A stretch of DNA of 64,000 bases. Origin: a virus. The notes beneath the pieces are model-generated. The model searched no databases, was not told the DNA's origin, and saw nothing but the letters and a program-made list of their open reading frames with translations. The position numbers and the translations under genes are program-made. Within the stretch, counting starts at the first letter, position 1, and every line of letters begins with the position of its first letter. Shown here piece after piece: positions 26,607-36,729 of the stretch. The DNA lies in IMG/VR virus record IMGVR_UViG_3300029024_000001; one strand, given 5' to 3'.

Positions 26607-29600
26607 ATGACATCAACGTGTATTATTAAAAGAGATAATAAAAAGAAAGTTGTTTCTGTCTCTACCAGATCAGGGGACAGGTCTATGTTGTTTGATAAAA
26701 TAGCATCTGTTCCCCTTATGGAGAATAGGGAACGGGCTACTACTGTTTTTAAAACCGTATTTTCTAATAAGTTCTTAAAGGCTTTTGGTGACTGGAGAAA
26801 GAGGGTACCTATTAACAAACAGGCTTATAATAAGGTAAAATCCAATATCGACCTTATTCCGGAAGCCTATAGAGAAAGGGTGCTGGATAAGGCTTCTAAG
26901 ATGAGCAACCCTATTCTTGTGTCGAAATCAGATGCACCTTATGGGATTCAAGAATCAGGCTTTGGATTCTATAGCCAAGATCTGGGTGATAATATTATGT
27001 TGGTGGATGCTATGGTCCCGTCAGGTATTTCCGTACCGGAAGAACCGGGAATAGACGCCGGCCAGTATCTACAAGATGCTATATCTTCAGACTTCACTCC
27101 CGTATCTATGGTACAGGATAAGGGTGTTGATTATATGGTTATAAAAGACGGTCTTAAGATATTTAGCCCAGAAGAGCTACCAGAGGCAGATTCTAATCCT
27201 GTGGGTGTAACGTATCAGACTGGAGAGCCTCGTTTGTTTTTCATGAACGATCGTAATCAATTATTTGAAGATTACGGAGAAGCTCTTCGCTCTGGAGGGA
27301 ATGATATCAGAATAGGATTCTTATCTGGCACCGTTCAAGAATCTGCCTGGGATGGCGTGGCAGACATTACTTACAAGGCTGGAAAGTATGTTCTTAATAA
27401 TCCCAAGTCTTTTATACCGGTCATGACCGCTTCTGCTTCTACTTCTTTATCAACAAAAGGCGGTATAATTAACTACCTTATAAAGAAAGGTCTTTTGTCA
27501 GGATCCAAGATATTCAATCCGGAAACAAGAAGCTATTATCTTACAGGAGAAGGACATGCAGGACAAATTAGACTTTTCAATTCAGCCTTAGCTTATACCG
27601 AGCTCCGTAATCATTTTGGTTCCGATGTTTCCATGAACGACCAAGGTATGATAACCATAAGCTCGTTGGATAACAGTAAGGTAACTATGAGGCTCGCCAC
27701 CGGAGGAACGGAAAGGATTAGCAGGGAGCAGATAAAGAACGATCTTAAGTCAGGAAGATACAATGAATTGGACGCCAAGTACGATCATTTTGATGCGCTT
27801 GTAGTTTCATTCATATTAGAAGACAACGATCTTTATGCTGATACTAAAGCTAAGATCGTATCAGATTATAGCAGGCAGGAACGTGACCAACGAAATTCTA
27901 TTGTAGAGATACTGAAAACGCTTGGCGTTAGTGTCATAGGTATGACCGACTATATAGAGAAGTACCAAACCAAATACGGGCATGAACCTTCTGCTAAGGC
28001 ATTGGCGGATATTGCCAATAACGTAATAGCAGTTGGTGAAGATGCTACTTTATCTGATTTAGTAGAAGAAACAGCCCACTTCCTTGTAGAGGCATACAGA
28101 GATCAGAATGCTGTTGAGGCTGTTCTGCAAGATGTAGAAGGTACGGAAGAGTGGAACCAGTATGCAGGTCAGTATTATAATACATACGGTAAGGTATATG
28201 AAGGAGCTGAGCTTGATAATGCTGTTAGGAGAGAAATTCTTGGAAAGATCCTCGCCAGGGAGATGCAGACCGGCACAGCACAGGCGCCGGTAGAGCCCAC
28301 CTCCTTCCTGGGGCGCGTCCGGCAGCTTCTCTCTGGAATCGTAAGCTGGCTTAAATCAGCTTTATCTACTCAAAGACAAGATTTGAATAACGTTATTAAA
28401 AACATTCGTGATCTTGCCATTACTGACATAGATAAAGGATTTGATACCTCTCTGTTAAAGGATAATGACTTTACATTATACTCCCTTTCTTCTATGAACA
28501 AGAACAAGTTTCTTGAGTCTAAGATCCGGGCATTAAGAAAAACCTTAAGAGACTTGCGTCAGATAAGCTCTGATAGGGCTGTAACTACGTCTATGACCCT
28601 TGCTCAGCTTAAGACTATAGAAGATAAGATAAATAAGGTAGAGACCGAAATAGACAAGAATGAGATGGCGGCTGCCATGAATAGCATGATCTCTACAGCC
28701 GAAGCTCAGGTCAGATACTTAAGTAATGTGGTGAACGCCATCCTTCATGGTGATACCGAAGATGGTAAGCTTCACTTCAATACCAATGATCGAAAGAACG
28801 TAGATATTATCAACAATCAGGTTCTTCCGATCATGAACGATCTTCGAGGATATATCCGTAACAGAAGTACCGAATTTGATGAACGTGAAAAGCAGGATTA
28901 TACAAATAGGATCAATACCGTCATTGCCGACATCAATGGTATTCAGTCTGATATTAAATCAGTACAAGACCTTGATGAAAGTACGTTGCTTGATAAGTTA
29001 ATGAACGAACTTCATGTGCCGGCAGATAAGGTAAAGAGAGTAAAAGAATTTTTTGACAAGGTTCAACACGATGTTTCTTGGATAAGTAGGTGGTTCGGTA
29101 TATTAGAGCATTCTTCCAGTCCGTTCAATAACGCTCTTGGAGCTATGATTGCCAAAGACAATTACAATGCGATGGTGAATGCCCAGCCCGCCATATCCGA
29201 CTTCCTGGCATATGCTAAAAAGCATGGTTTTAACAAATCTGAATTTGAAAAACTGCTTCAGAAAGTAGACGGCAAAACTTCTAATTACCTTCGTAGTGCT
29301 CTTGATATGGCTAAATATGATCGTAATAAGAAGTTGGCACAGATGCGTGCGTTTGCTACTGCCATGAACATAGAAATATCAGAAGAAGAAATCAATGATG
29401 TGGTTGACAATAATCGTAATTACGTATTTAAAAGAGAAGTAGTTGACAAGGACGGAAATACGGTTACTGAAAACGCTAAATTTAAACCATCGTCTGACAG
29501 GGTTAATACCGATATTTTTACCATCGAGCAGGAAAAGATCTATACGGAGCAGATGGAAAAGTGGGATGCTGAAAATTCGGAACTGGAATTTAGTGAAAGT

Positions 29601-32600
29601 TATGCCACAAGAATGGAATCCATATACAAAAAGGCCGAAGAAGAATTAGGGCATCCGGTTTCTCAAACAACTAAAGAGTATCTTAATGCTCTTTCCCGGC
29701 AAAAACGGATATTGAGGCAGCCTTTTATTGATAGCGGTGGTAATTTTGATGAGGTTGCTTACTATAAGAGTAGTAACTACGAAGAAGAAGGACTGCTTCG
29801 TAAACAACGTAAGGAAGCAGCTTCGGAATACATATATGTTGGTACCAGACGTGTTGAAAAAACCGGAGACCAGCTTAAGATGGCTAAAGAAATACAAGCC
29901 ATAAATGAAGTTTGGAGAAAAGAATCAAATAATGTCACTAATGCCGTATCAGAATCGTTTTTACAAAAATTGAGAACGATTCAAATCGAGTCAGGAGGAG
30001 AAGCTGCGCTGAAGACACTTATGTTGGGAGGGCACCTGTCATTTAACGATCGGTTTTGGAATGACATAGAATCGGAACAGTCGGCACGTACCGAATCAAA
30101 TAACAAGGCTTCGTATCTCAAAATGGCACAAGACATCATTAGTTCTACGACAAGTGATAGAGATGCGACTGACGTGGATTCCATTGTAAAAGATATAGAA
30201 AAAAATAAGGCCATTATCAAGGAAATAATCGGCAACAACCGTGACGTGGCTGACATCGGAGAAATCAATGAAGCGACATTTACCTCATCTGAAAGAGATG
30301 CTTTTAGGGCTGCATCCGAAGCTATTGAAGCCGATTACGCTATTTTGATAGATTATGCTAAGATGGTGGGTCTTGAAGATATTGATAAATACCTTACTAA
30401 AAGCAGTAAGGCTGAAAACGAAGTCAATCAATCTTATTTAAATGCTCTTGCTGACTCCAAGGAAGTGGAATGGAAGTTTGTGCAACGTCATACTACGGCA
30501 AAGAAAGCAAAAAGGATTCAAGCCTTAAGGGATAAACTATTTAAGGCTGCTGATAACCGATATTTGTTTACTGTATCTGAAACCAACTACTTGTCAGAAA
30601 AGCTTGGAATAAGCAAAGAATTAGACGGTAGAGATTTTAGGAATGCTGTCAATACTAAGATGGCCAGCTTGTTTTTAAATAACACAAGAGAATCAGGTAT
30701 AGAAGAGGCTAATGCTATTGTTAATGAATTTGCCAGAAGTCAAGTCTTTTCATATTACAAACGCATGGCTCCTACCGGATATGCGGCTATGCTTGGTAAA
30801 ATAGGTCGAGGTGAGATAGACGTGGCGCAGATGGTTAAAGACGTACAGAACGGGACATCCACACAAGATTATGGTATGAATATATCGTACCTGTCTTTCG
30901 ACCCTGCAAGAGCGTGGGTGGCTGAATCTGAAGCTGAAAATAGCGGTCGTAACCCAGATTATGTAAAAGATCATGGGTATGGTTATCGTATGCCCAAGAA
31001 GAGCCTGTATCGTGATGAATCGTATTTCAATGACTTCGGCATTAGATATGATGCTGATGGTAATGAGATTGCTACTAAAAACGTAGAGCAATGGAATATG
31101 ATTCAAAAACTTAAGGAAATAAAAAGACAATCCCTTTCCTTATACAAAGAGCAGAGCCCCAATTTGTATGCTATTCCACAGATATCCAAACAAGATATAG
31201 AACGTATGGAGGGATTGGGTATCAACTTCAAAAATACGGTTCGTAATTTTGTATCAGATCTCTGTCTGGACAGAGTAGACGATTCTCTATACGGTAAAAC
31301 CAGACAAGGGGAAGTATATGATCCAGAAGATAGGATTAGGTCTATACCTAAATACTACATATATGAATTAGAGAACCAAGATGACGTATCTCATGATTTT
31401 GGTTATTCTTATTCGATGCTTATGATGCAATCATCGTTATACAACGAAAAGCAGAAGTCTATAGAGCTTGCCCAAGGACTGGAGCAGATGTTACTGAATA
31501 AGCAATTTGAAGGCGGTAAGAAAGCTGAGGCAACTCAAGCATACCAGATGTTTAGAGACTTCTTTAATGACCATTATTATGGCATTAGGATGAACACCAA
31601 GAAACTTACGGTTAACATCGGTGGATACACGATAGATCTTACAAGAATTATGATGGCCGTTGAAAGGTTTATGTCGGTCATGAACTTAGCGCTGTCCCCG
31701 TTTGTGGCAGCTACCGGCGCTCTGACAGGTCATATTAACCTCATCATGGAATCTGCCGTAGGACAATATATAAGCAAAGATTCCCTTAAATATGCATCGG
31801 CTGAGTTTTCACGCCTTGCGCCATCTTGTATAGCAGAAACCGGAGACATAGATAGAAAAAGCAAATTATATGTCATAGGTGAGAGAATGGGGATATTCAA
31901 TATCCGAAATCGTATGTATGGTGCCGGATACAATAGAGTGGCCAGGACCTTAATGCGTTCACCTATGTATGCTTTCATGGAAATCCTGAACTACCCTCTT
32001 GATCCGCAGGTTATGATTGCCACTATGGATAACGTGCGATACTATAAAGGTCGGTTCTACACGTTCCAAGATTTCAAGATGGAAAAAGAACGTGGCAAAG
32101 AACAGAGCACCATAAAAAGAGAATGGGATGCATTAAAAGATCGTACTTTATGGAGTATGGTAGACGTCGTGGATGGAAAGGTGGTTGTAAAGCCGGGATC
32201 GGGTGTTACTGTTGAGGAAGTTGAAACCCAGATGGCTATAACCAGGAATCAAGTCCGTAGCTTGTCGCAGATATGTAACGGATCTTTGAATGAAGAAAAC
32301 CGAACTGCCGCATCGCGCAACTGGATAGCCAGGTTCATGACCGCCCACCGAGGCTGGCTGGTGCTGGCAGCTCAACGTCTGTGGAAAAGACGTGGCTTCA
32401 ATTTCCAGACAATGCAAGAAGAGGAAGGGTTGTCAATTACGTTAAAGAATATGATAGCCAAAACATTTAGCCTGGCTTCCGAGTCTGGTATGAAAAACAT
32501 CATAGATGCCTGGAACGAAAATAAAGACAATATGAATGAGGTAGAAAAAACTAATCTCAAACGCCTCAGTGTCTATGCCGGCACGTTTCTTATCATGCAA

Positions 32601-33029
32601 GCCGTATCTATGCTTCTTGCCGGATGGCGTGATGATGATGAAAACGAAGAAAGTTGGCTTACTCAATTTGGATCCTATGTCGGATTCAGAACCATAAACG
32701 AAATAGCTTCACAGATGCCGTTTATTATGGAGCTTAACGTGGTAGATATCATTAACGACCCGTTTGTCATGGGGCGGAAGTTGAAGGATCTTACTGATCT
32801 TAGGAATTACTCACTTGATAAAGTAACATCCGGCACATACAAAGGAGAGTCTAAGTTATTTAGGCAACTCGCCAAACAGACGTTTATCAAACAATGGTAT
32901 AATATCAAGACGCCGGAAGACGTAGCGCGCGCCTATAATTGGTGGCAGCAGACGAACAACAAGTCAATGATGTTCTTCATCGGCGCTACTCCTGATTCGG
33001 AAGGAGACGATGATGTTAGTTACAAATAG
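26607..33029 (+). CDS. Giant virion-associated protein of 2140 aa
   Basis: It is a 6.4-kb ORF and a strong terminator follows it. Confidence 0.6.
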   Translation: MTSTCIIKRDNKKKVVSVSTRSGDRSMLFDKIASVPLMENRERATTVFKTVFSNKFLKAFGDWRKRVPINKQAYNKVKSNIDLIPEAYRERVLDKASKMSNPILVSKSDAPYGIQESGFGFYSQDLGDNIMLVDAMVPSGISVPEEPGIDAGQYLQDAISSDFTPVSMVQDKGVDYMVIKDGLKIFSPEELPEADSNPVGVTYQTGEPRLFFMNDRNQLFEDYGEALRSGGNDIRIGFLSGTVQESAWDGVADITYKAGKYVLNNPKSFIPVMTASASTSLSTKGGIINYLIKKGLLSGSKIFNPETRSYYLTGEGHAGQIRLFNSALAYTELRNHFGSDVSMNDQGMITISSLDNSKVTMRLATGGTERISREQIKNDLKSGRYNELDAKYDHFDALVVSFILEDNDLYADTKAKIVSDYSRQERDQRNSIVEILKTLGVSVIGMTDYIEKYQTKYGHEPSAKALADIANNVIAVGEDATLSDLVEETAHFLVEAYRDQNAVEAVLQDVEGTEEWNQYAGQYYNTYGKVYEGAELDNAVRREILGKILAREMQTGTAQAPVEPTSFLGRVRQLLSGIVSWLKSALSTQRQDLNNVIKNIRDLAITDIDKGFDTSLLKDNDFTLYSLSSMNKNKFLESKIRALRKTLRDLRQISSDRAVTTSMTLAQLKTIEDKINKVETEIDKNEMAAAMNSMISTAEAQVRYLSNVVNAILHGDTEDGKLHFNTNDRKNVDIINNQVLPIMNDLRGYIRNRSTEFDEREKQDYTNRINTVIADINGIQSDIKSVQDLDESTLLDKLMNELHVPADKVKRVKEFFDKVQHDVSWISRWFGILEHSSSPFNNALGAMIAKDNYNAMVNAQPAISDFLAYAKKHGFNKSEFEKLLQKVDGKTSNYLRSALDMAKYDRNKKLAQMRAFATAMNIEISEEEINDVVDNNRNYVFKREVVDKDGNTVTENAKFKPSSDRVNTDIFTIEQEKIYTEQMEKWDAENSELEFSESYATRMESIYKKAEEELGHPVSQTTKEYLNALSRQKRILRQPFIDSGGNFDEVAYYKSSNYEEEGLLRKQRKEAASEYIYVGTRRVEKTGDQLKMAKEIQAINEVWRKESNNVTNAVSESFLQKLRTIQIESGGEAALKTLMLGGHLSFNDRFWNDIESEQSARTESNNKASYLKMAQDIISSTTSDRDATDVDSIVKDIEKNKAIIKEIIGNNRDVADIGEINEATFTSSERDAFRAASEAIEADYAILIDYAKMVGLEDIDKYLTKSSKAENEVNQSYLNALADSKEVEWKFVQRHTTAKKAKRIQALRDKLFKAADNRYLFTVSETNYLSEKLGISKELDGRDFRNAVNTKMASLFLNNTRESGIEEANAIVNEFARSQVFSYYKRMAPTGYAAMLGKIGRGEIDVAQMVKDVQNGTSTQDYGMNISYLSFDPARAWVAESEAENSGRNPDYVKDHGYGYRMPKKSLYRDESYFNDFGIRYDADGNEIATKNVEQWNMIQKLKEIKRQSLSLYKEQSPNLYAIPQISKQDIERMEGLGINFKNTVRNFVSDLCLDRVDDSLYGKTRQGEVYDPEDRIRSIPKYYIYELENQDDVSHDFGYSYSMLMMQSSLYNEKQKSIELAQGLEQMLLNKQFEGGKKAEATQAYQMFRDFFNDHYYGIRMNTKKLTVNIGGYTIDLTRIMMAVERFMSVMNLALSPFVAATGALTGHINLIMESAVGQYISKDSLKYASAEFSRLAPSCIAETGDIDRKSKLYVIGERMGIFNIRNRMYGAGYNRVARTLMRSPMYAFMEILNYPLDPQVMIATMDNVRYYKGRFYTFQDFKMEKERGKEQSTIKREWDALKDRTLWSMVDVVDGKVVVKPGSGVTVEEVETQMAITRNQVRSLSQICNGSLNEENRTAASRNWIARFMTAHRGWLVLAAQRLWKRRGFNFQTMQEEEGLSITLKNMIAKTFSLASESGMKNIIDAWNENKDNMNEVEKTNLKRLSVYAGTFLIMQAVSMLLAGWRDDDENEESWLTQFGSYVGFRTINEIASQMPFIMELNVVDIINDPFVMGRKLKDLTDLRNYSLDKVTSGTYKGESKLFRQLAKQTFIKQWYNIKTPEDVARAYNWWQQTNNKSMMFFIGATPDSEGDDDVSYK

Positions 33030-33164
33030 ACGAAGAATATCGGACTTGCATTGTTTTTGTATGATTCCAATATGTTATATTAGCATCGTCAAAGAGTAGA
33101 CTATACGTTTTTGTTCTTACTTGGAAGATTATGTAGGTTTAATTTTTTCTGAAATTGTTTTCTT

Positions 33165-33207
33165 ACCGGTTCTCAGTCAGAGATGATAGAGAACCGGTTT
33201 CTTTTAT
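33165..33207 (+). terminator. Intrinsic terminator
   Basis: A perfect 10-bp stem accggttctc/gagaaccggt with a 14-nt loop is followed by ttcttttatg. Confidence 0.55.
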
Positions 33208-33245
33208 GTTGTCAATTATTGCTATCTTGCAAACAAAAAAGAATC

Positions 33246-33968
33246 ATGAGAAGAAGATTTGAAAATAATGTTAAACTATATGAGTATAAGATAGTTAGCA
33301 ATTGTATAGGGGGGGGGGTAATAGTAGAAGGCAAGAAAGTCGGTACCATCCCACAGAGTGGGCAATTTATCTTTCTGTCTAAAAAAGAACGTCTGGATTC
33401 CATAAGTATTCAAGGCGGTGTTCCATTCAATCATAGGTTGTTAAATGATTCTTATACTGAAAACAAAACAGAGATAGAGGGGATTGAGGATCTTAAGCTG
33501 AATGTTCTGCCAAGCAGTTTTAATCCCCGTCTTTTAAATGTTAATTGGGTTAATGGTCCTCTTTATTGTGTCTCTACTCCTATCACATATAATATATATA
33601 CCGTTTATGAGTATCGTGCACCTTCTGATATTAACAATGTTCAACCTGGAGAGCATTATTTAAATTATATTAGAACGTTAAGAGAAGAGGCAACGGAAAC
33701 CCCTGGCGCCGCCGTTAAAGATCAACTTGTTTTATATGACTCAACATGGCATTTAAATATTGTTGGTGGTAATGTTGAACATATGGGTCAATCCGGCATA
33801 CTATATAAAATAAATACGGTAGCTCGGGTAGGTATATCGTCTCCTATACAGATTAACAGTTATATTGTACTTGAAGGTAAACTGTACCTTAGATTAACAG
33901 TGGTAACTACAGGAGAAAAATTAGATGTAATACCTATTACACAACAAGTTCGATATGAATTTAAATAA
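33246..33968 (+). CDS. Beta-rich small virion protein, possibly a fibre or receptor-binding accessory, containing a G10 tract
   Basis: It is a 240-aa ORF. I chose the ATG after the terminator, because the tool start at 33183 lies inside the hairpin. It is the last gene of the plus-strand block. Confidence 0.5.
   Translation: MRRRFENNVKLYEYKIVSNCIGGGVIVEGKKVGTIPQSGQFIFLSKKERLDSISIQGGVPFNHRLLNDSYTENKTEIEGIEDLKLNVLPSSFNPRLLNVNWVNGPLYCVSTPITYNIYTVYEYRAPSDINNVQPGEHYLNYIRTLREEATETPGAAVKDQLVLYDSTWHLNIVGGNVEHMGQSGILYKINTVARVGISSPIQINSYIVLEGKLYLRLTVVTTGEKLDVIPITQQVRYEFK
33309..33318 (+). repeat. G10 homopolymer inside a coding sequence, encoding GGG
   Basis: Ten consecutive G sit at codons 22-24 of the 33246 gene, in a genome of roughly 35% GC. 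Confidence 0.85.
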
Positions 33969-34016
33969 AAAAAACAATCATGGCACCAAGAACTATCGGT
34001 GCCATGATTGTTAAAA
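33966..34016. terminator. Bidirectional intrinsic terminator at the point where the two convergent gene blocks meet
   Basis: A perfect 13-bp stem caatcatggcacc/ggtgccatgattg is flanked by A9 on the plus strand, which is T9 on the minus strand, and by ttaaaacc. Confidence 0.65.
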
Positions 34017-34268
34017 CCGTTTCTTGTAACAAGAGTCTACTACTTTTACCTTTTCTTTTTCTTTCTTACCATGATTAAACTTATACGCATCTTCGAATGA
34101 ATAAAAAACAGCATAACACCACATACCAAACATATCGTATTTTATACTGTTTTTCCATTTTCCAAAAATGTTTTGATATTGACACCAATATTCTACTTCC
34201 CCATTAGTTAATTTCCTTTCAACTATTCTAAGAGGAGTATGGAATAGATTCCTAAACATTAACTTCAT
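34011..34268 (-). CDS. Hypothetical protein of 85 aa
   Basis: ORF. Its stop abuts the bidirectional terminator. Confidence 0.45.
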   Translation of the reverse strand: MKLMFRNLFHTPLRIVERKLTNGEVEYWCQYQNIFGKWKNSIKYDMFGMWCYAVFYSFEDAYKFNHGKKEKEKVKVVDSCYKKRF

Positions 34269-34734
34269 GACCTGTCCTATCTGTGAAAATCAAACCAACA
34301 CCTTCTATAACGTATCCTACTGTAGGAGCTTTATCGTATTCCTCTTTCGTAGCCCACGTAGCATTATCAGGCATCAGTTCCTTAAAGACTTTTGGAACAT
34401 AGCCCTGACACCAAGTATTATTAGATACAACAATACCCTTTCCTTCGATGTTAATATACATCTTTCTCCCTCCGCATCCAAGAGCATTCCATCCACCTGG
34501 TACGATCGCTGCCATAGGTTTGATAATCCAGCTTACGCCATCGATTCTAACCCATCCTGGATTGTCTTTGTGTACGTTGTATATATTCTGCCAGCAGGCG
34601 CACTGAAAGCACCACCCACGTTCTTCCATAATGGTCCTAATGTCCCCTTCTATGAAATCCGAGGCATTCATTGAATGTGTAGAGTTGGGATTGTGCTTGG
34701 CACCACACTTAGGACATACGAGTTTTAAATTCAT
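34252..34734 (-). CDS. Hypothetical zinc-ribbon protein with a weak deaminase-like HxMNA...CxxCA pattern
   Basis: It has an N-terminal CPKCG. THSMNAS...GWCFQCACWQNI loosely resembles the zinc motif of dCMP deaminases, but the catalytic Glu is not evident. Confidence 0.45.
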   Translation of the reverse strand: MNLKLVCPKCGAKHNPNSTHSMNASDFIEGDIRTIMEERGWCFQCACWQNIYNVHKDNPGWVRIDGVSWIIKPMAAIVPGGWNALGCGGRKMYINIEGKGIVVSNNTWCQGYVPKVFKELMPDNATWATKEEYDKAPTVGYVIEGVGLIFTDRTGHEVNV

Positions 34735-35477
34735 GATACTTCCTCCTTGTTTTTAGATTCTGCCTCTTCAAGTATGCTGATCACCTTATCAACAATATAC
34801 GAATCTGACATTTTCTCAATAAAAACATCCATTGCCTTAGTTATGTCATTGGCTTCTTTTTCTTCAAGAGCTATTTCTCCACCGGTAATAGCATCAGATA
34901 ATGATGTAGATAAGTGTCTTATCTTATCAATGCTCATAAACGTAAATGGATTACCACCCCATCCACCACCCATTTCTTTCATGATCTGATATCCACCTGA
35001 AATAAGTCTGCCTGATGTCGTGGCCAAGGAGGATACGATTAGGGACAGTACCGCCGCTTCCGTCCGCTCCTCGGACACGCCCCTCGACCACACGGCTGCC
35101 CTTATAGCGCCGGCCAGATCGTCTATGTATGGCATGAGGCAATCTTCCATAGCTTGTGTTATATCAGCTATAACCTCACTACGCTCTTTATTTATGTAGT
35201 AGATAGAAGCATTGTACCTCTTTATCTCTTTGTCCATATCATTTAAAAGACGCTTGATATTGTGCTTATACATAGGACTGGTTTTAATTACTTCCTTTAG
35301 CTTAAGAATGTAATTATAAGCCTGGTCATTTACGAACAACGTCATGGTCTCAACCGTTGAATGAAGTGTGTTAAGACTGTTAAGAATCTTATCGAAATTG
35401 TTTATCAAATAAGCTCTTCTGGCTTTTGCTGCGTAGTTAATGTTATTAAAATTATTCATTTTATTCATTAGATTCAA
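34731..35477 (-). CDS. Hypothetical protein of 248 aa. Its first 13 or so codons lie inside the right end of the TnpB element.
   Basis: The ORF is continuous from an ATG inside the conserved IS right-end sequence. It contains a sharp GC-rich island at 35035-35120. Confidence 0.5.
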   Translation of the reverse strand: MNLMNKMNNFNNINYAAKARRAYLINNFDKILNSLNTLHSTVETMTLFVNDQAYNYILKLKEVIKTSPMYKHNIKRLLNDMDKEIKRYNASIYYINKERSEVIADITQAMEDCLMPYIDDLAGAIRAAVWSRGVSEERTEAAVLSLIVSSLATTSGRLISGGYQIMKEMGGGWGGNPFTFMSIDKIRHLSTSLSDAITGGEIALEEKEANDITKAMDVFIEKMSDSYIVDKVISILEEAESKNKEEVS

Positions 35478-35620
35478 CCTTATATCACAAAATATTTATT
35501 CTAACCGGATTAAACACAAATCCACTATCGATTATCTTTCCAATGAAAGAATCACCGACTACTTTTCTTGCTATTCCAATTGATCCATTAATATCTGCAT
35601 TGATCAGTTTTCCAATTGAA
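35422..35620 (-). ncRNA. Putative TnpB omega-RNA (right-end-derived RNA) of copy A: a scaffold overlapping the tnpB 3' end and right end, plus about 20 nt of flank as guide
   Basis: IS605 TnpB systems are known to encode the omega-RNA at the right end. The conserved 3' region is shared with copy B. The guide would be ATTAACTACGCAGCAAAAGC. Confidence 0.3.
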
Positions 35621-36676
35621 CTTTGAAACAATCCACGTTTCTTTCTTTTTCCTAAGTAGGATTCCTGTTTCTTTAGAGGTTCAAAAGCAAGATGGTCAAT
35701 CTTTGATGTGTAAGATTCCTCATGAGTAATTACCTCTATCCCTAAAAGATTTGCTTTGTAAACAATCTTATCAATCAATTTAGAATGAGGAATAGAAACA
35801 AAATGTTGGTTATTCCTTTTACCGATATTTATCTCGTTTTTCCATTCTTTGTTTAATCCAATGATGATTGTTCCTATATTGTTAGATTTACAAAAGTCTA
35901 CAATGTATCTACTGATTTTATGCAATTTGTCTTCTATCCAACAATTTCTAAACAAAGTAATTTTTCTTATTCTATTTGAAGTTCCCTTATTACCAACAAA
36001 AGACATCAACTTAGCTTTCTTCTTATTGTACCACTGATTTACTGATTTCATAACCCGTCCGTTTATAATGAAAGAATTAGTTTCTACATTACTAATACAT
36101 GAACATAAATTATTCAATCCTAAATCAATCGAAAGAAAATTGTCTTTGTTTAAACCAAGATCAGTTTCCTTTCTTTCATAAACTACCTCAAGCTACATAA
36201 CATGTAGCTTGAGGGATTATTCTAACTTGTTTTAGTTCGTCTTTCTTTACATTTGTTTTGATAGGTTTGATTATATCTTTAACAAAATAAATACAATTAT
36301 CACCCTTTACCCTACAATTGCAGTTGGTGAAAACAACCATGTTTTGTTTCTTGCCCTTCTTATACGAAGGAAGATGAGGACGATGATTACCGTATTTCGA
36401 AGGATTCTTTTCAAAATCTTTCTTTAATCTCATCCAGGATTTTATGTTTTTAAATACCTGTTTAATCACCTGCTGTGAAACATGATTAGGTAAATTCCTG
36501 AAATCAAATTGGTTTTCTTTGCAAAGTTTGTTTGATAAATCAAATTCCTTTAAATAGTTACCTGAAAAGATTCCTTGACGAATGTTGTAAAGAACATAAT
36601 TATATAACAAGCCGGATTTGAAGCAAATATCCTCAAACCGGTTGTCTTTAACTATATGCCTTTCAACTAATCTCAT
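35485..36676 (-). pseudogene. tnpB: tnpB pseudogene. Fragments 36188-36676 and 35485-36117 are separated by a +1 frameshift.
   Basis: The two ORFs align to the N- and C-terminal halves of the intact copy at 47969-49162, with about 80% amino-acid identity. The RuvC motifs SIDLGLNN, EESYTSK and NADINGSIGI are retained. Confidence 0.7.
36186..36214. repeat. Perfect 13-bp inverted repeat cctcaagctacat / atgtagcttgagg with a 3-nt spacer, located at the tnpB frameshift point
   Basis: It is an exact palindrome. The homologous site in copy B is only a quasi-palindrome, ccacat..attgtgg. Confidence 0.8.
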
Positions 36677-36729
36677 TTGAATGATTTATATCGTAAATGT
36701 AATCGTTATTTGTAAAATAATCAAATTAT

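Larger units (their letters stand above)
35442..36729 (-). mobile_element. IS200/IS605-family TnpB-only element, copy A, inactivated. Boundaries are approximate.
   Basis: The right-end core gttattaaaatt...caaaat is shared with copy B. tnpB is split into two ORFs. The left end is short and lies directly after the upstream gene's stop. Confidence 0.55.

Noticed and set aside
29443-32666. Numerous 60-130-aa ORFs on either strand inside the giant genes, for example 29646-29897, 30750-31130 and 15334-15621
   Set aside because: They are fully nested in much longer frames and have no start context. They are treated as chance shadow ORFs.
33183-33245. The upstream start at 33183 for the G10-containing gene
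   Set aside because: It lies inside the 10-bp terminator hairpin of the preceding giant gene. The ATG at 33246 follows the promoter-like ctatcttgcaaa.
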